Source: a virus
Lineage: Duplodnaviria; Caudoviricetes
DNA length: 44,023 nucleotides
Reading direction: 5' to 3' (one strand)
Virus record (IMG/VR): IMGVR_UViG_3300030620_000014
Coordinates: 1-44,023 of that record
Shown here: positions 16,518 through 24,620 of the stretch, piece by piece
Position numbering within the stretch: the first letter of the stretch is position 1
How the letters are laid out: the number at the start of each line of letters is the position of its first letter
Translations under genes and position numbers: made by a program
Notes under the pieces: generated by a model
Database searches by the model: none
Told to the model about the DNA's origin: nothing
What the model saw: only the letters and a program-made list of their open reading frames with translations

Positions 16518-18650
16518 CTAGCTGATCGCGTATTTGTCCAAGAGGAACGCCGCGAGAGTATCCCGCTCGTCGTCGTCAAGGTGGTGGTCCCACGCTGCGT
16601 GCAGGGTCCACTCGCCCTCCACCTCGTCGGCGCCTGCCCGGTGCATGATGCTCCCCCGATTCGGCGTGCCCGCAAGGTCTCCACCGCCCGAATGGGCCGC
16701 GGAGTTCACAGGTGCGGTCATGTCGTCGATGTACGTACGCATGGTCGTGCCGTCGTAGGTGCAGAGCACCGCGTGCGCGTCCCCGTCGTACACCCGGCCG
16801 TCGTTCGAAGAGAGGACGGTGTTGTTCGGCCCGTTGTCGACCCGGAACTCGATATCCGCGTTGTCGCCGCCGACCGAATCGTTGAAGATGTCCACGATGA
16901 CCGTCCCGCTCGGCGAGAGCGAGGCGTGGTAACTGAAAAACGCGATCTGCGACGACGCCGCGATGGACGGCAGCACGAGGAACAGGATCGACAGGTTCTC
17001 GAGCTTCGGAATCGCGTCGAGCGAGTACTGCCCGCCATCGCTCTGTCCGGCCCGGAATACCGGCTGGCCGTTGAAGCTCGCGTCGGAGTCAACATCCAAC
17101 TCGGCCACACTACCCACGTCCGCCGGCGCGTCTCGCTCCGAAGGCGACCAGTCCGTGAGCGTGGTGATGTTCGTCTCGTCAGCCACACCGTCAACCTCGT
17201 TGTCGAGCCGCGCCTCGAACCACCACAGGAGGCCCGCGAGCAGCCCGGTCGGGATGAGTTCCGTCGCCTTGGACGGCAGTCGCGCAATCTCGAAGTACGA
17301 CGCGAAAGCACCGGCTACGACGTAGGAATCTGTGTCGTTGCTGGCGGTCGGCCCCTCCGTGGCCAGCACGTTCACCTCGAAATAGTCGTCGAGCGTGACG
17401 GCCGCAAGCGTCTGTACGATGACGGTCTGCGTCTCTACGGGGTCCGTCTTCCGATGGCCCTCGTTCATTCCGGGAACGCTGGCGCTGGCGATAGCGGAGC
17501 CGTTCTTGAGCAGACGTACCGTGTACTTGTAGCTGTCGTCCGCGCCGAGCACCCCCTCGATCCACGTCGGCAGTCGCAGCACCGCCCGGACCAGATGGAG
17601 CCCGTCGTCGGGTGCATCTGGATCGATCACCGACTTCGTGAGCCGCGTAGATGCGTCCAACGTGAACCAGCCGTTGCGGTCCAGCGATTCCGTGTCCCAC
17701 TCCACGAGCGTCGTCGTGTTCCACGGCAGGACGAAGTTCGTCGACGCCCGATACACCCTCGCGTACCGGGGGCGGTTGAACAGGGCCTCGATCGCCTCCG
17801 TCCGTTCACTCACGCTATCGACCTGGGCGTCGAGCGTATCAATCTCCGTCTCGAGAAGTCCGATGATCGTGTCGATCGACTCGAACAGGTCGTCGGCCGC
17901 CGCGCCATATGCCTCGTTCAGCGGCTCGCCCCAAATGTCCTCGGAGGACCCCTGTGTTGGGACGCGCCAGCCGTAGTAGTGCGTCACCTCCCGGATCTCT
18001 GCCGTGTTCGGTGCGGACCCCGCCTGATTGACCGTCACCGTGAACCCGTTGGCCGAGTCCTCGGTGAAGCTCGTGTCCTCGAGATCCTGCGTCGTGAAGT
18101 CGACGTCCAGTTGCACGGTGCCGTCGTCGATAACGACACCGTACACCCGACCCTGCCAGAGATTCGCGGTGCCACCCTCCGTCGCCCCGATGTTGATCGC
18201 CGCCGACGAGGAAAAGACACTCGTCGTGCCACCAAGACTGACTTGGCCGCCCAACTGCTGCTGTACGTCGTTCTCGTCGTAGTAGAAGAAGTCGACGGTC
18301 CCGGGGTCGACGTCGAGGAACGCCTCGACCTTGATCCGCTCGAACGTGCCTGCTTCGACAGGGATCGCGACCGTGGACTGCACGATAGTCTCCGCGGCGC
18401 CGTTCGTCGACCACCCCAACTCGAGTACCATTTCGCCATCGGCAACGTTGGCGCCGAGGTAGTACGACCGCTGATCCCCGGATTCCGTCCACTTCGACAG
18501 AAACACAATGAGGCCGCTCGGCGGGATCTCATTGACCCCGACGTCGGCCGTCAGCGTGATATCGCCCGTGATGTCGAGCGCGGCGTTGTCCGGCACCGAG
18601 GCGTAGTCGCCGGAGACGCCGGGCAGCCACAATGCCTGTGGGACTGCCAT
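16518..18650 (-). CDS. Tail fibre / receptor-binding protein with LamG-like and C1q-like domains
   Basis: 710 aa: N-terminal LamG-like domain (YASVPDNAALDITGDIT), internal anchor motif, coiled coil, C1q-like domain and a C-terminal LamG-like domain. Confidence 0.7.
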   Translation of the reverse strand: MAVPQALWLPGVSGDYASVPDNAALDITGDITLTADVGVNEIPPSGLIVFLSKWTESGDQRSYYLGANVADGEMVLELGWSTNGAAETIVQSTVAIPVEAGTFERIKVEAFLDVDPGTVDFFYYDENDVQQQLGGQVSLGGTTSVFSSSAAINIGATEGGTANLWQGRVYGVVIDDGTVQLDVDFTTQDLEDTSFTEDSANGFTVTVNQAGSAPNTAEIREVTHYYGWRVPTQGSSEDIWGEPLNEAYGAAADDLFESIDTIIGLLETEIDTLDAQVDSVSERTEAIEALFNRPRYARVYRASTNFVLPWNTTTLVEWDTESLDRNGWFTLDASTRLTKSVIDPDAPDDGLHLVRAVLRLPTWIEGVLGADDSYKYTVRLLKNGSAIASASVPGMNEGHRKTDPVETQTVIVQTLAAVTLDDYFEVNVLATEGPTASNDTDSYVVAGAFASYFEIARLPSKATELIPTGLLAGLLWWFEARLDNEVDGVADETNITTLTDWSPSERDAPADVGSVAELDVDSDASFNGQPVFRAGQSDGGQYSLDAIPKLENLSILFLVLPSIAASSQIAFFSYHASLSPSGTVIVDIFNDSVGGDNADIEFRVDNGPNNTVLSSNDGRVYDGDAHAVLCTYDGTTMRTYIDDMTAPVNSAAHSGGGDLAGTPNRGSIMHRAGADEVEGEWTLHAAWDHHLDDDERDTLAAFLLDKYAIS

Positions 18651-19295
18651 CTAGAACACCCTCCCCGGGACGCGAGACAGCGTGCCGCCGTACAGCGCGT
18701 CCTGATTGTCCTCGTAGATCATGTCGGCTGCGCGATCGTACTGCTGAACCGCGTTCGCGAGCCGCTCGTCCTCTTTCAAGAACTCCGCCAGCACGCTCAT
18801 GCACGCATAGCGGTACAGATGCGGGTACTGCGTGAGCCAGCGGTTCGTGGGAGCCGACACGGACAGATGCGTCAGCTTCGCCCAATACGCGAGGTTGATC
18901 GTGAAATCCGCGTCCGGTACCGGCGCCCATTTGAGGCTGTAGTCCGCGGTCCCCGTTCCCACGATCGCCACGCCCACGGGCGCACCCGTAGCCCCGAACG
19001 TGGCGAACAGATGTCCAAGCTCGTGATGGGGGACGACGTTGATCGGCCCGTAATAGGTCGACCCTACGTGCGTCGCGTCGTTCAACTCCGCGAAGTCGCT
19101 CGGAAGCGACGTAGTTTCGTCGCCGCTCACGACCGCGAAGGCCCCGAGGTCCACGAACAGCCGCAGCCGGCGGTCCGACCGCATCTTCGCCTCGGCCTCG
19201 CGGATGATCGCATCGATGTCCGCGGTCAGGTCGGTTCGGCGGACGAACGTGGCCAGCCATGTCTGGAGTGCGCTATACGTCGTCGGCAGCGGCAT
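18651..19295 (-). CDS. Head-tail adaptor (tail tubular protein A-like)
   Basis: TYSALQTWLA..RRTDLT..I..AEA...LR..LPSDF...PVPD...TNRWLTQYPHLYRY is typical of podovirus adaptors. Confidence 0.8.
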   Translation of the reverse strand: MPLPTTYSALQTWLATFVRRTDLTADIDAIIREAEAKMRSDRRLRLFVDLGAFAVVSGDETTSLPSDFAELNDATHVGSTYYGPINVVPHHELGHLFATFGATGAPVGVAIVGTGTADYSLKWAPVPDADFTINLAYWAKLTHLSVSAPTNRWLTQYPHLYRYACMSVLAEFLKEDERLANAVQQYDRAADMIYEDNQDALYGGTLSRVPGRVF

Positions 19296-20064
19296 TCTCT
19301 TGAGCCTCCCGGGCGTCTCTCAGCCCTTCTTCGTAATCGAGGACATGTCCGAGCGCATACTCGAACGTCCCGGTGTGCCGGACCCCCTTCGAGACGTCGT
19401 GGTCGATCACGGCCGGGAAGCCAAGCTCCCGTACCAACCGACAGAAGTAGACGTCCTCGCCGATGTGCTTCCCGAGTTCGTCGTCATAGGCGAACCGGAA
19501 CCACGGGCGCGGACGTTTCTCGTCCAGCGCCTTGAGTACGTTCGTGTGCATGAGCACGCAGCCGAACCCGAACGCCTCGACGTCCTCCATCCCGGAGGTC
19601 GTGTCGTCCGTCACAAGCCGCTCCCCGTCCGCGCGCTCCCGATCCGGTACCTTCTTCCACGCCACGTAGCGCGGAGGCATCCCCCGGGTCGAGTAGTTCA
19701 CACCCAACAGCGGGTAGACATGCCCCTCGAGCGGGTGAAGCTCCTCGGCACGCATGAGCATCTGGATGAGGATCTCTTTAGGGAACCTCATATCCGCGTC
19801 CAGCCACAGCGCGTAGTCCGCCCCGTACTCCAACGCGGCGTCCGCGAGGGACTGCCGAGCGCGGTGGATGAGGGTGTCGGTCGCGGTGTGGATCGACAGC
19901 TTCGAGATCGACCCCGGGGCCATGAAACTTCCCGAGGTGAGGATACAGAGCCTCGCCAGATCGTATGCGAACGTCGAATGGATCATGTCGTGACTCGGGA
20001 TGAGAATCGCAACGTGGATTCCCGGTACGTCATCCTCACGCACTACATCGTGACTGACCTTCAT
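19273..20064 (-). CDS. Glycosyltransferase (GT-A / GT2-like)
   Basis: IHRARQSL, DxD motif WLDADMRFP, GFGCVLM, GEDVYFCR and D..VRHTG. Confidence 0.8.
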   Translation of the reverse strand: MKVSHDVVREDDVPGIHVAILIPSHDMIHSTFAYDLARLCILTSGSFMAPGSISKLSIHTATDTLIHRARQSLADAALEYGADYALWLDADMRFPKEILIQMLMRAEELHPLEGHVYPLLGVNYSTRGMPPRYVAWKKVPDRERADGERLVTDDTTSGMEDVEAFGFGCVLMHTNVLKALDEKRPRPWFRFAYDDELGKHIGEDVYFCRLVRELGFPAVIDHDVSKGVRHTGTFEYALGHVLDYEEGLRDAREAQENAAADDV

Positions 20065-20088
20065 GTTGATGCTCCTCTCACAGGGAGG

Positions 20089-20469
20089 TTACTCTCGCTC
20101 CGGCGTCCATGTCCCGCGGAACGTCTTGAAGTCGCTGTTGATCTCCAGCCACTCGTGGATGAGTTGCCCGAGGCGGACGTCTGCGCCACCGTCCGGGCAC
20201 TCGCGGAGGGCTTGCTGCCGCATCCGCGAATACTCGATCATTGGCACAAGCCCTACGTGCTGCCCGCGCACCCCCTCCGTATCGAACCGCTGACCTTCCG
20301 TGACCTTGTACTGCTCCGCCGCCACCGCGAGAATCTCGCTGACGTCCTGCACGGTCTCAATACCGTACTCGTCGTCCTCGCCCATCGCTGTAGGGACGTG
20401 CAACCTCCGCCGCACGCCGGCGAGGCCACGGGCGGATGTGATGTCGAGTTTCACAGACCGATCCTCCAT
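20089..20469 (-). CDS. Conserved-looking structural-module hypothetical protein
   Basis: ETVQDVSEIL...HVGLVP...WL...FKT pattern resembles genes found after DUF5309 capsids. Confidence 0.6.
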   Translation of the reverse strand: MEDRSVKLDITSARGLAGVRRRLHVPTAMGEDDEYGIETVQDVSEILAVAAEQYKVTEGQRFDTEGVRGQHVGLVPMIEYSRMRQQALRECPDGGADVRLGQLIHEWLEINSDFKTFRGTWTPERE

Positions 20470-21014
20470 CCGACGTTGAGCGAGGGCACCTTCACGGCCA
20501 GCCGACCGTCATCCATCACCCCCGCGGCGCCCACGGTGATCTCGGGGAGCCACCATGGGCGCTTGCCCGGGCGATCCTCGACGACCGCGAGCAGAGAGTC
20601 CCGCGCCACGGTCATCGTGTTCAGGGCGTCCTGTAGTCGATCGTTCGACTGGAGGAGGAGCCGATTCGCCACAAGCAGCGAGTCCGTGTCCTCCCGCAAC
20701 CGCATAATGATGACGTCGCGCGCCGTGTCCGCTGCCGTCTCCGGGGCGGGTAGGGCTGCGATGCGTCTATCCGTCTCTGAGAGGCGGGGAACGACCACCT
20801 CCACCACCGCTACGGCCTGTGAACGCAGCGAATCGGCTTCGGCTTGTAGGTCGTTCACCCGCTCCTGTAGAGACGAGTTCAGGGTCTCCGCGGCCTGCGC
20901 CCGGGTCTCCCACTCGGAAACGCGGTCGTCACGGCAGCGCCCATAGACAAAGAGGACGCCGAGCACCACAGCGGCGAGGACAGCGACTTCACGCAGCCTC
21001 GAAGTGATACCCAT
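20451..21014 (-). CDS. Membrane-anchored coiled-coil protein (spanin-like)
   Basis: N-terminal TM helix, long heptad region and a C-terminal amphipathic beta-hairpin. Confidence 0.55.
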   Translation of the reverse strand: MGITSRLREVAVLAAVVLGVLFVYGRCRDDRVSEWETRAQAAETLNSSLQERVNDLQAEADSLRSQAVAVVEVVVPRLSETDRRIAALPAPETAADTARDVIIMRLREDTDSLLVANRLLLQSNDRLQDALNTMTVARDSLLAVVEDRPGKRPWWLPEITVGAAGVMDDGRLAVKVPSLNVGWRIGL

Positions 21015-21558
21015 AGTCCTCGATCTCCTCTCGGAACCGCTCGGCCACGTACAGGCGGAGCGCGTCGTCGTAGTACACAGAGTAGTGCCGGCCGCCCCGG
21101 CCCGGGGAAATGTTCACCCTCGGGATCGCGGTAGCTCGGCCGAGCATACGATTGAAGTCCTCCTGCAAGGACTCGTACCGGAGAACGGCGTCCGCGAAGC
21201 GTGTGTACTGGCTCCACAGCTTGTCGTCGTCCGGGTAGTACATCGGGTAGCCGCTCGCGATGCGATCGATATACGCCTCGTCGAACTGGACCCCGGTCTT
21301 GTTCTGGTAGGTGAACCATGAGACAAACGTGTCCCAATGGTTCCGCACCGTGGTGAATACAGTCCAGCCCTCGCCCGGATGCTCCGTGAGGGTCTGGTGG
21401 TGACTGTGCGTCTTCGTCCCGAGCACCTTGACCGGGTGCGAGTTCGGGAGATGCTTCGCCAGCTTGAATCCACGCTCGCGAAGCACCGACGCCGTGGCCT
21501 TCGAGGCCGTCTTAGGGGCGGCGAGGTAGACCATGCGCCGCTCATCAGAGATGTACAT
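20989..21558 (-). CDS. Sulfotransferase (Sulfotransfer_2-like)
   Basis: 5'-PSB loop YLAAPKTAS, 3'-PB motif FTTVRNHWDTFVSWF, LRYESLQEDF and C-terminal HYSVYYD...VAERFREEIEDYGYHF. Confidence 0.82.
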   Translation of the reverse strand: MYISDERRMVYLAAPKTASKATASVLRERGFKLAKHLPNSHPVKVLGTKTHSHHQTLTEHPGEGWTVFTTVRNHWDTFVSWFTYQNKTGVQFDEAYIDRIASGYPMYYPDDDKLWSQYTRFADAVLRYESLQEDFNRMLGRATAIPRVNISPGRGGRHYSVYYDDALRLYVAERFREEIEDYGYHFEAA

Positions 21559-21585
21559 GGTCTACCTCTCCATTCCCTAGGTGGC

Positions 21586-22071
21586 CTAGTCGACCCGATC
21601 GGTCAGCGCACGCACGAACGCGATCGCGTCCGACTGCAACTGATACTCGTCGAGGAACCGCTCGAGGCCGGCCGAGAGGTCTCCCACGCCACCCTCGAGG
21701 GTGACGGCCGTATCCTTGAACAGGATGTCCGTCTCCGACGTGTCCACGGTGATTCCGTTGCCGAGCGTGCCCGGCAGCTTCGCCGTGATGGTGACTTCGT
21801 CGGCAGTGAGATCGGCCACCGCCGTGACGAATGGATTCTCCACCGTGTCTTCGTCGTAGGCCGAGCCGGCCCCCGCGGCGCCATTGATCGCGGCCACGAG
21901 GTTCTCGATCGACTCGTCACGGGTCGTGCCCACGTCCACATCGTTCGCCACCTGAGGCGTCGCGGTGTAGGCGTAGGTCTGGTTCCCGATGGTGACGGTG
22001 TCCGTGGCAGCCGGATCTGCGTTGAAGTCCAGCACAGCCGACGCCCGGACGAACGCGCTAAGAATGCTCAT
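21586..22071 (-). CDS. Capsid decoration / head-associated protein (putative)
   Basis: Directly downstream of the MCP with an AGGAG RBS; beta-rich DTVTIG...ENLVAAIN...VTITAK..GTLGNGITV. Confidence 0.55.
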   Translation of the reverse strand: MSILSAFVRASAVLDFNADPAATDTVTIGNQTYAYTATPQVANDVDVGTTRDESIENLVAAINGAAGAGSAYDEDTVENPFVTAVADLTADEVTITAKLPGTLGNGITVDTSETDILFKDTAVTLEGGVGDLSAGLERFLDEYQLQSDAIAFVRALTDRVD

Positions 22072-22099
22072 TGTGGTTCTCCTTCTCGTGTGTCGTGAG

Positions 22100-22148
22100 A
22101 CAAGCTATAGCTTGCGTCGACACTCGGCCGACGCAAGCTATCTCTTGT
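22100..22148. promoter_or_regulatory. Hairpin downstream of the major capsid gene (terminator, attenuator or processing site)
   Basis: 13-bp inverted repeat ATAGCTTGCGTCG (22107-22119) / CGACGCAAGCTAT (22129-22141), overlapped by the palindrome CAAGCTATAGCTTG (22101-22114). Confidence 0.55.
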
Positions 22149-22167
22149 ACGTGTCTACTCCGAGCGT

Positions 22168-23139
22168 CTAGCTTGTGGTCAGATCCGCCGCCAGCCCGAG
22201 GCCGGCCTCATTGTGGATCTTGAGCGTCCACTCGCCTCGCAGCATCCGCTTCTCCGCATCGCCAGTCTTGGCGAGCTTGACCGTGGCCATGGGCCGCAGC
22301 CAGAGGAAGCTGATGAGGTCGAAGTCGAGGAAGTACGCATCCCGGTCACGGCTCCAGCGGGTCGGAATGACCTTGAGAGTGCCGTAGTCGGTCACGTACA
22401 CGTCCACCGCCGCGATGACCGCGGTCGGGGCCGGATCGACGTTCGACATATCGAAGTTCCGCGTCACGACTCCCGAGAAGTTCGAGACCGCACGCTTGTT
22501 GAACGGACCGACGAACAGGTTCCGCACCTTGCCGCCCGCAACCCACATGGACTCTACCACGTCCTGCAAGATCGTCTCGGTGAACGCCCGCGCCGATCCA
22601 TCGGTGCGCGCGGCGTCCGGGACGCCCTGCGTGTAGGTCGGGTTGGCGCCATCCGTCGCGAGGTCGACGTTCGTCTTGAGCCACGCGCCGAGGCCCGCGG
22701 AGATACGCGCCGAAGAACTGGAACCGGCGTCGCCGGCGATGTTCTCCATGGCCATAGCTTCGATGTCGATCTTGAGTTCGACACCACGCCGCGAAAGCTG
22801 GTACGCGAGTTCCGACCGACGTCCCGCCTTGTCGACCACTTCCTCGGTATCCGACAGGATGATCGCCTTGCGGCTGATCTGCGTGTGGTTCCCCACGCGC
22901 ACCGTGGGCGTGATCGCCTGAAACGCGGAGATGTCGTCGCCCTCGATATGGGCGTTCGCCGTATCGGGCGAGGCCAGCGCGTCCGTCTGCCAGTCCTCGT
23001 TCCGCTGTTTCGCCTGCCCGCGCATGGCGGCAGACATGAAGGGCGTCTCCTCGGGGGAGATGTCGTAAATCCGGTCGTGCAGCGACTCCCTCAGCCCCTT
23101 CGCGCTGTAGGTGTCGAACGTGTTAGCGATCTGAGACAT
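22168..23139 (-). CDS. Major capsid protein (DUF5309 / SU10-like)
   Basis: GLRESLHDRIYDISPEETPFMS, WQTDALA, NHTQIS, YVTDYG and LAKTGDAEK. Confidence 0.92.
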   Translation of the reverse strand: MSQIANTFDTYSAKGLRESLHDRIYDISPEETPFMSAAMRGQAKQRNEDWQTDALASPDTANAHIEGDDISAFQAITPTVRVGNHTQISRKAIILSDTEEVVDKAGRRSELAYQLSRRGVELKIDIEAMAMENIAGDAGSSSSARISAGLGAWLKTNVDLATDGANPTYTQGVPDAARTDGSARAFTETILQDVVESMWVAGGKVRNLFVGPFNKRAVSNFSGVVTRNFDMSNVDPAPTAVIAAVDVYVTDYGTLKVIPTRWSRDRDAYFLDFDLISFLWLRPMATVKLAKTGDAEKRMLRGEWTLKIHNEAGLGLAADLTTS

Positions 23140-23189
23140 TCCTCAGTCCCCTTTCAGTCAGGGACGGGGATAGTCCCGCATCACAGGCA

Positions 23190-24326
23190 CTACAGGTCGT
23201 CCTCGTCCAGCATGTCGAAGATTGCAGCTTCCCCTTGGCGCATGTCCATGGGGCCGCTCGTCTGCGAGCGCCGCCGAGAGCTTCGGCGCGGGGTCTTTCG
23301 CGTCGACCCGGTTCCGCCCGGCTTCATCTTCCGCCGGCGTTGGGGCTTCTTCTTCCCTGCGATAGCCGCCTTGCCCTTCGCGATCTGCTTGCGATACCTG
23401 ACGGCATCACGGAGCATAAGCACGGTGCGATGGTCGATAACGGTGTCGAGTTCATCCGCCGTGAAGCCGTAGTACTCCTGCGCTCCGCGGCTAATGGCGA
23501 CTTGCTCCTTCTCCATCCGGGTCGGATCTCTCCAGTCCGGCAGAGCCTCGAGCAGCTTCTCCGCCTCCTCGTCCCGTCGCACCACCATCTGATTCAAGGC
23601 GTCCTCCGCCTCGGCACGAGCTACGCGATCCTGCTCCTCCCGCAGCGCCTCCTGTTGCTTCTGGCGCCGCTGGAACTTCGCGTACTCGGTGGCGAACTTC
23701 GAGGGATCTTCCCGCTCCAGCTTGTCCCAATCGGGTTCGTCTGGAGCTTCGTCCCCGAGCAGCGTGGCCAACCGTTCCAAGCCGCTGCGATATCGGGTCC
23801 TCTCGTCACGAACCTGCGCGGCCTCGGCCTCGAGCGCCTTGCGCTCCTCGGCGAGCCGTTGTGCAGTTTGCGTGTTGTGAGTACGGAACGAGAACCCGTC
23901 CTTGAGTTCTTGTAGGCTAACCTGCTTCTCCTCACCGTCCACCTTCACGGTGTAAAGAGACTCGTCAGGTTCCCCATCCTCCTCGAGGTCGTCGTCCTCC
24001 TCCTCGTCCTCCTCGTCGTCGAGCAGGTCGTCGTCCTCTTCGAACCAGTCGTCCTCGTCCGAGTCGTCGACTTCCTCTGCATCGTCGTCCTGCTGGTCGC
24101 GTTTCGGTTGGCGCGACTCGCTCCCTGCTTCCTCGTCCTCCGAGACCACGTCCCCGCGCTCGTCCTCCGTCTTGGAGAACATCGCGTCCGGGTCCATGTC
24201 CGGGTCCTCAGAAAGGAGCCCTAGAAACTCTCTTTCCGCCTGCTCGGGCGTGATGCCCGCTTGGAAGATGTGAGTCTCCAGTTCGATGTTTTCGGCGGCG
24301 TCTGCGCCGCCTTCGTTCTGTGCCAT
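23190..24326 (-). CDS. Capsid scaffolding protein
   Basis: Acidic N-terminal half, YTVKVDGEEKQVSLQELKDGF, PDWDKL..DP and a coiled coil; lies between portal and MCP. Confidence 0.85.
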   Translation of the reverse strand: MAQNEGGADAAENIELETHIFQAGITPEQAEREFLGLLSEDPDMDPDAMFSKTEDERGDVVSEDEEAGSESRQPKRDQQDDDAEEVDDSDEDDWFEEDDDLLDDEEDEEEDDDLEEDGEPDESLYTVKVDGEEKQVSLQELKDGFSFRTHNTQTAQRLAEERKALEAEAAQVRDERTRYRSGLERLATLLGDEAPDEPDWDKLEREDPSKFATEYAKFQRRQKQQEALREEQDRVARAEAEDALNQMVVRRDEEAEKLLEALPDWRDPTRMEKEQVAISRGAQEYYGFTADELDTVIDHRTVLMLRDAVRYRKQIAKGKAAIAGKKKPQRRRKMKPGGTGSTRKTPRRSSRRRSQTSGPMDMRQGEAAIFDMLDEDDL

Positions 24327-24371
24327 GGTTCCGTCCCTCGCGTTTCAGGAGGCCGGATCGCCCTGTTGCGA

Positions 24372-24617
24372 TTACCCGGTTGTCTCCTCGTAGTCCTGCG
24401 ATGCCTCGAACACATCCACCTCCGCGGCATAGCGTTCGAGCACTTCCCACACGGCCTTGAGCCCGCGCATCTGTCCGTGGTAGGACTCGCGATGCTCCAA
24501 TAGGTCGGCGTGCTCCCACCCCTCGACGGTATCCTCTCGAGCTTCTTCGAAGGCCTCGAGCAGTACATCGTCCGCGAGCAGTCGCTTCGCCTGCCGTCCT
24601 CGTTCTACGTGATCCAC
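24372..24617 (-). CDS. Hypothetical protein between portal and scaffold
   Basis: RGRQAKRLL.D..L.EAF...W...RE pattern and its position in the head module. Confidence 0.65.
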   Translation of the reverse strand: MDHVERGRQAKRLLADDVLLEAFEEAREDTVEGWEHADLLEHRESYHGQMRGLKAVWEVLERYAAEVDVFEASQDYEETTG

Positions 24618-24620
24618 AGG

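Noticed and set aside
16581-19535. 984-aa + strand ORF and other long antisense ORFs (e.g. 7159-8769, 19204-20946, 40410-42155)
   Set aside because: These are Arg/Gly/Pro-rich shadow frames opposite well-supported genes, expected from high-GC codon bias, and they show no motifs.
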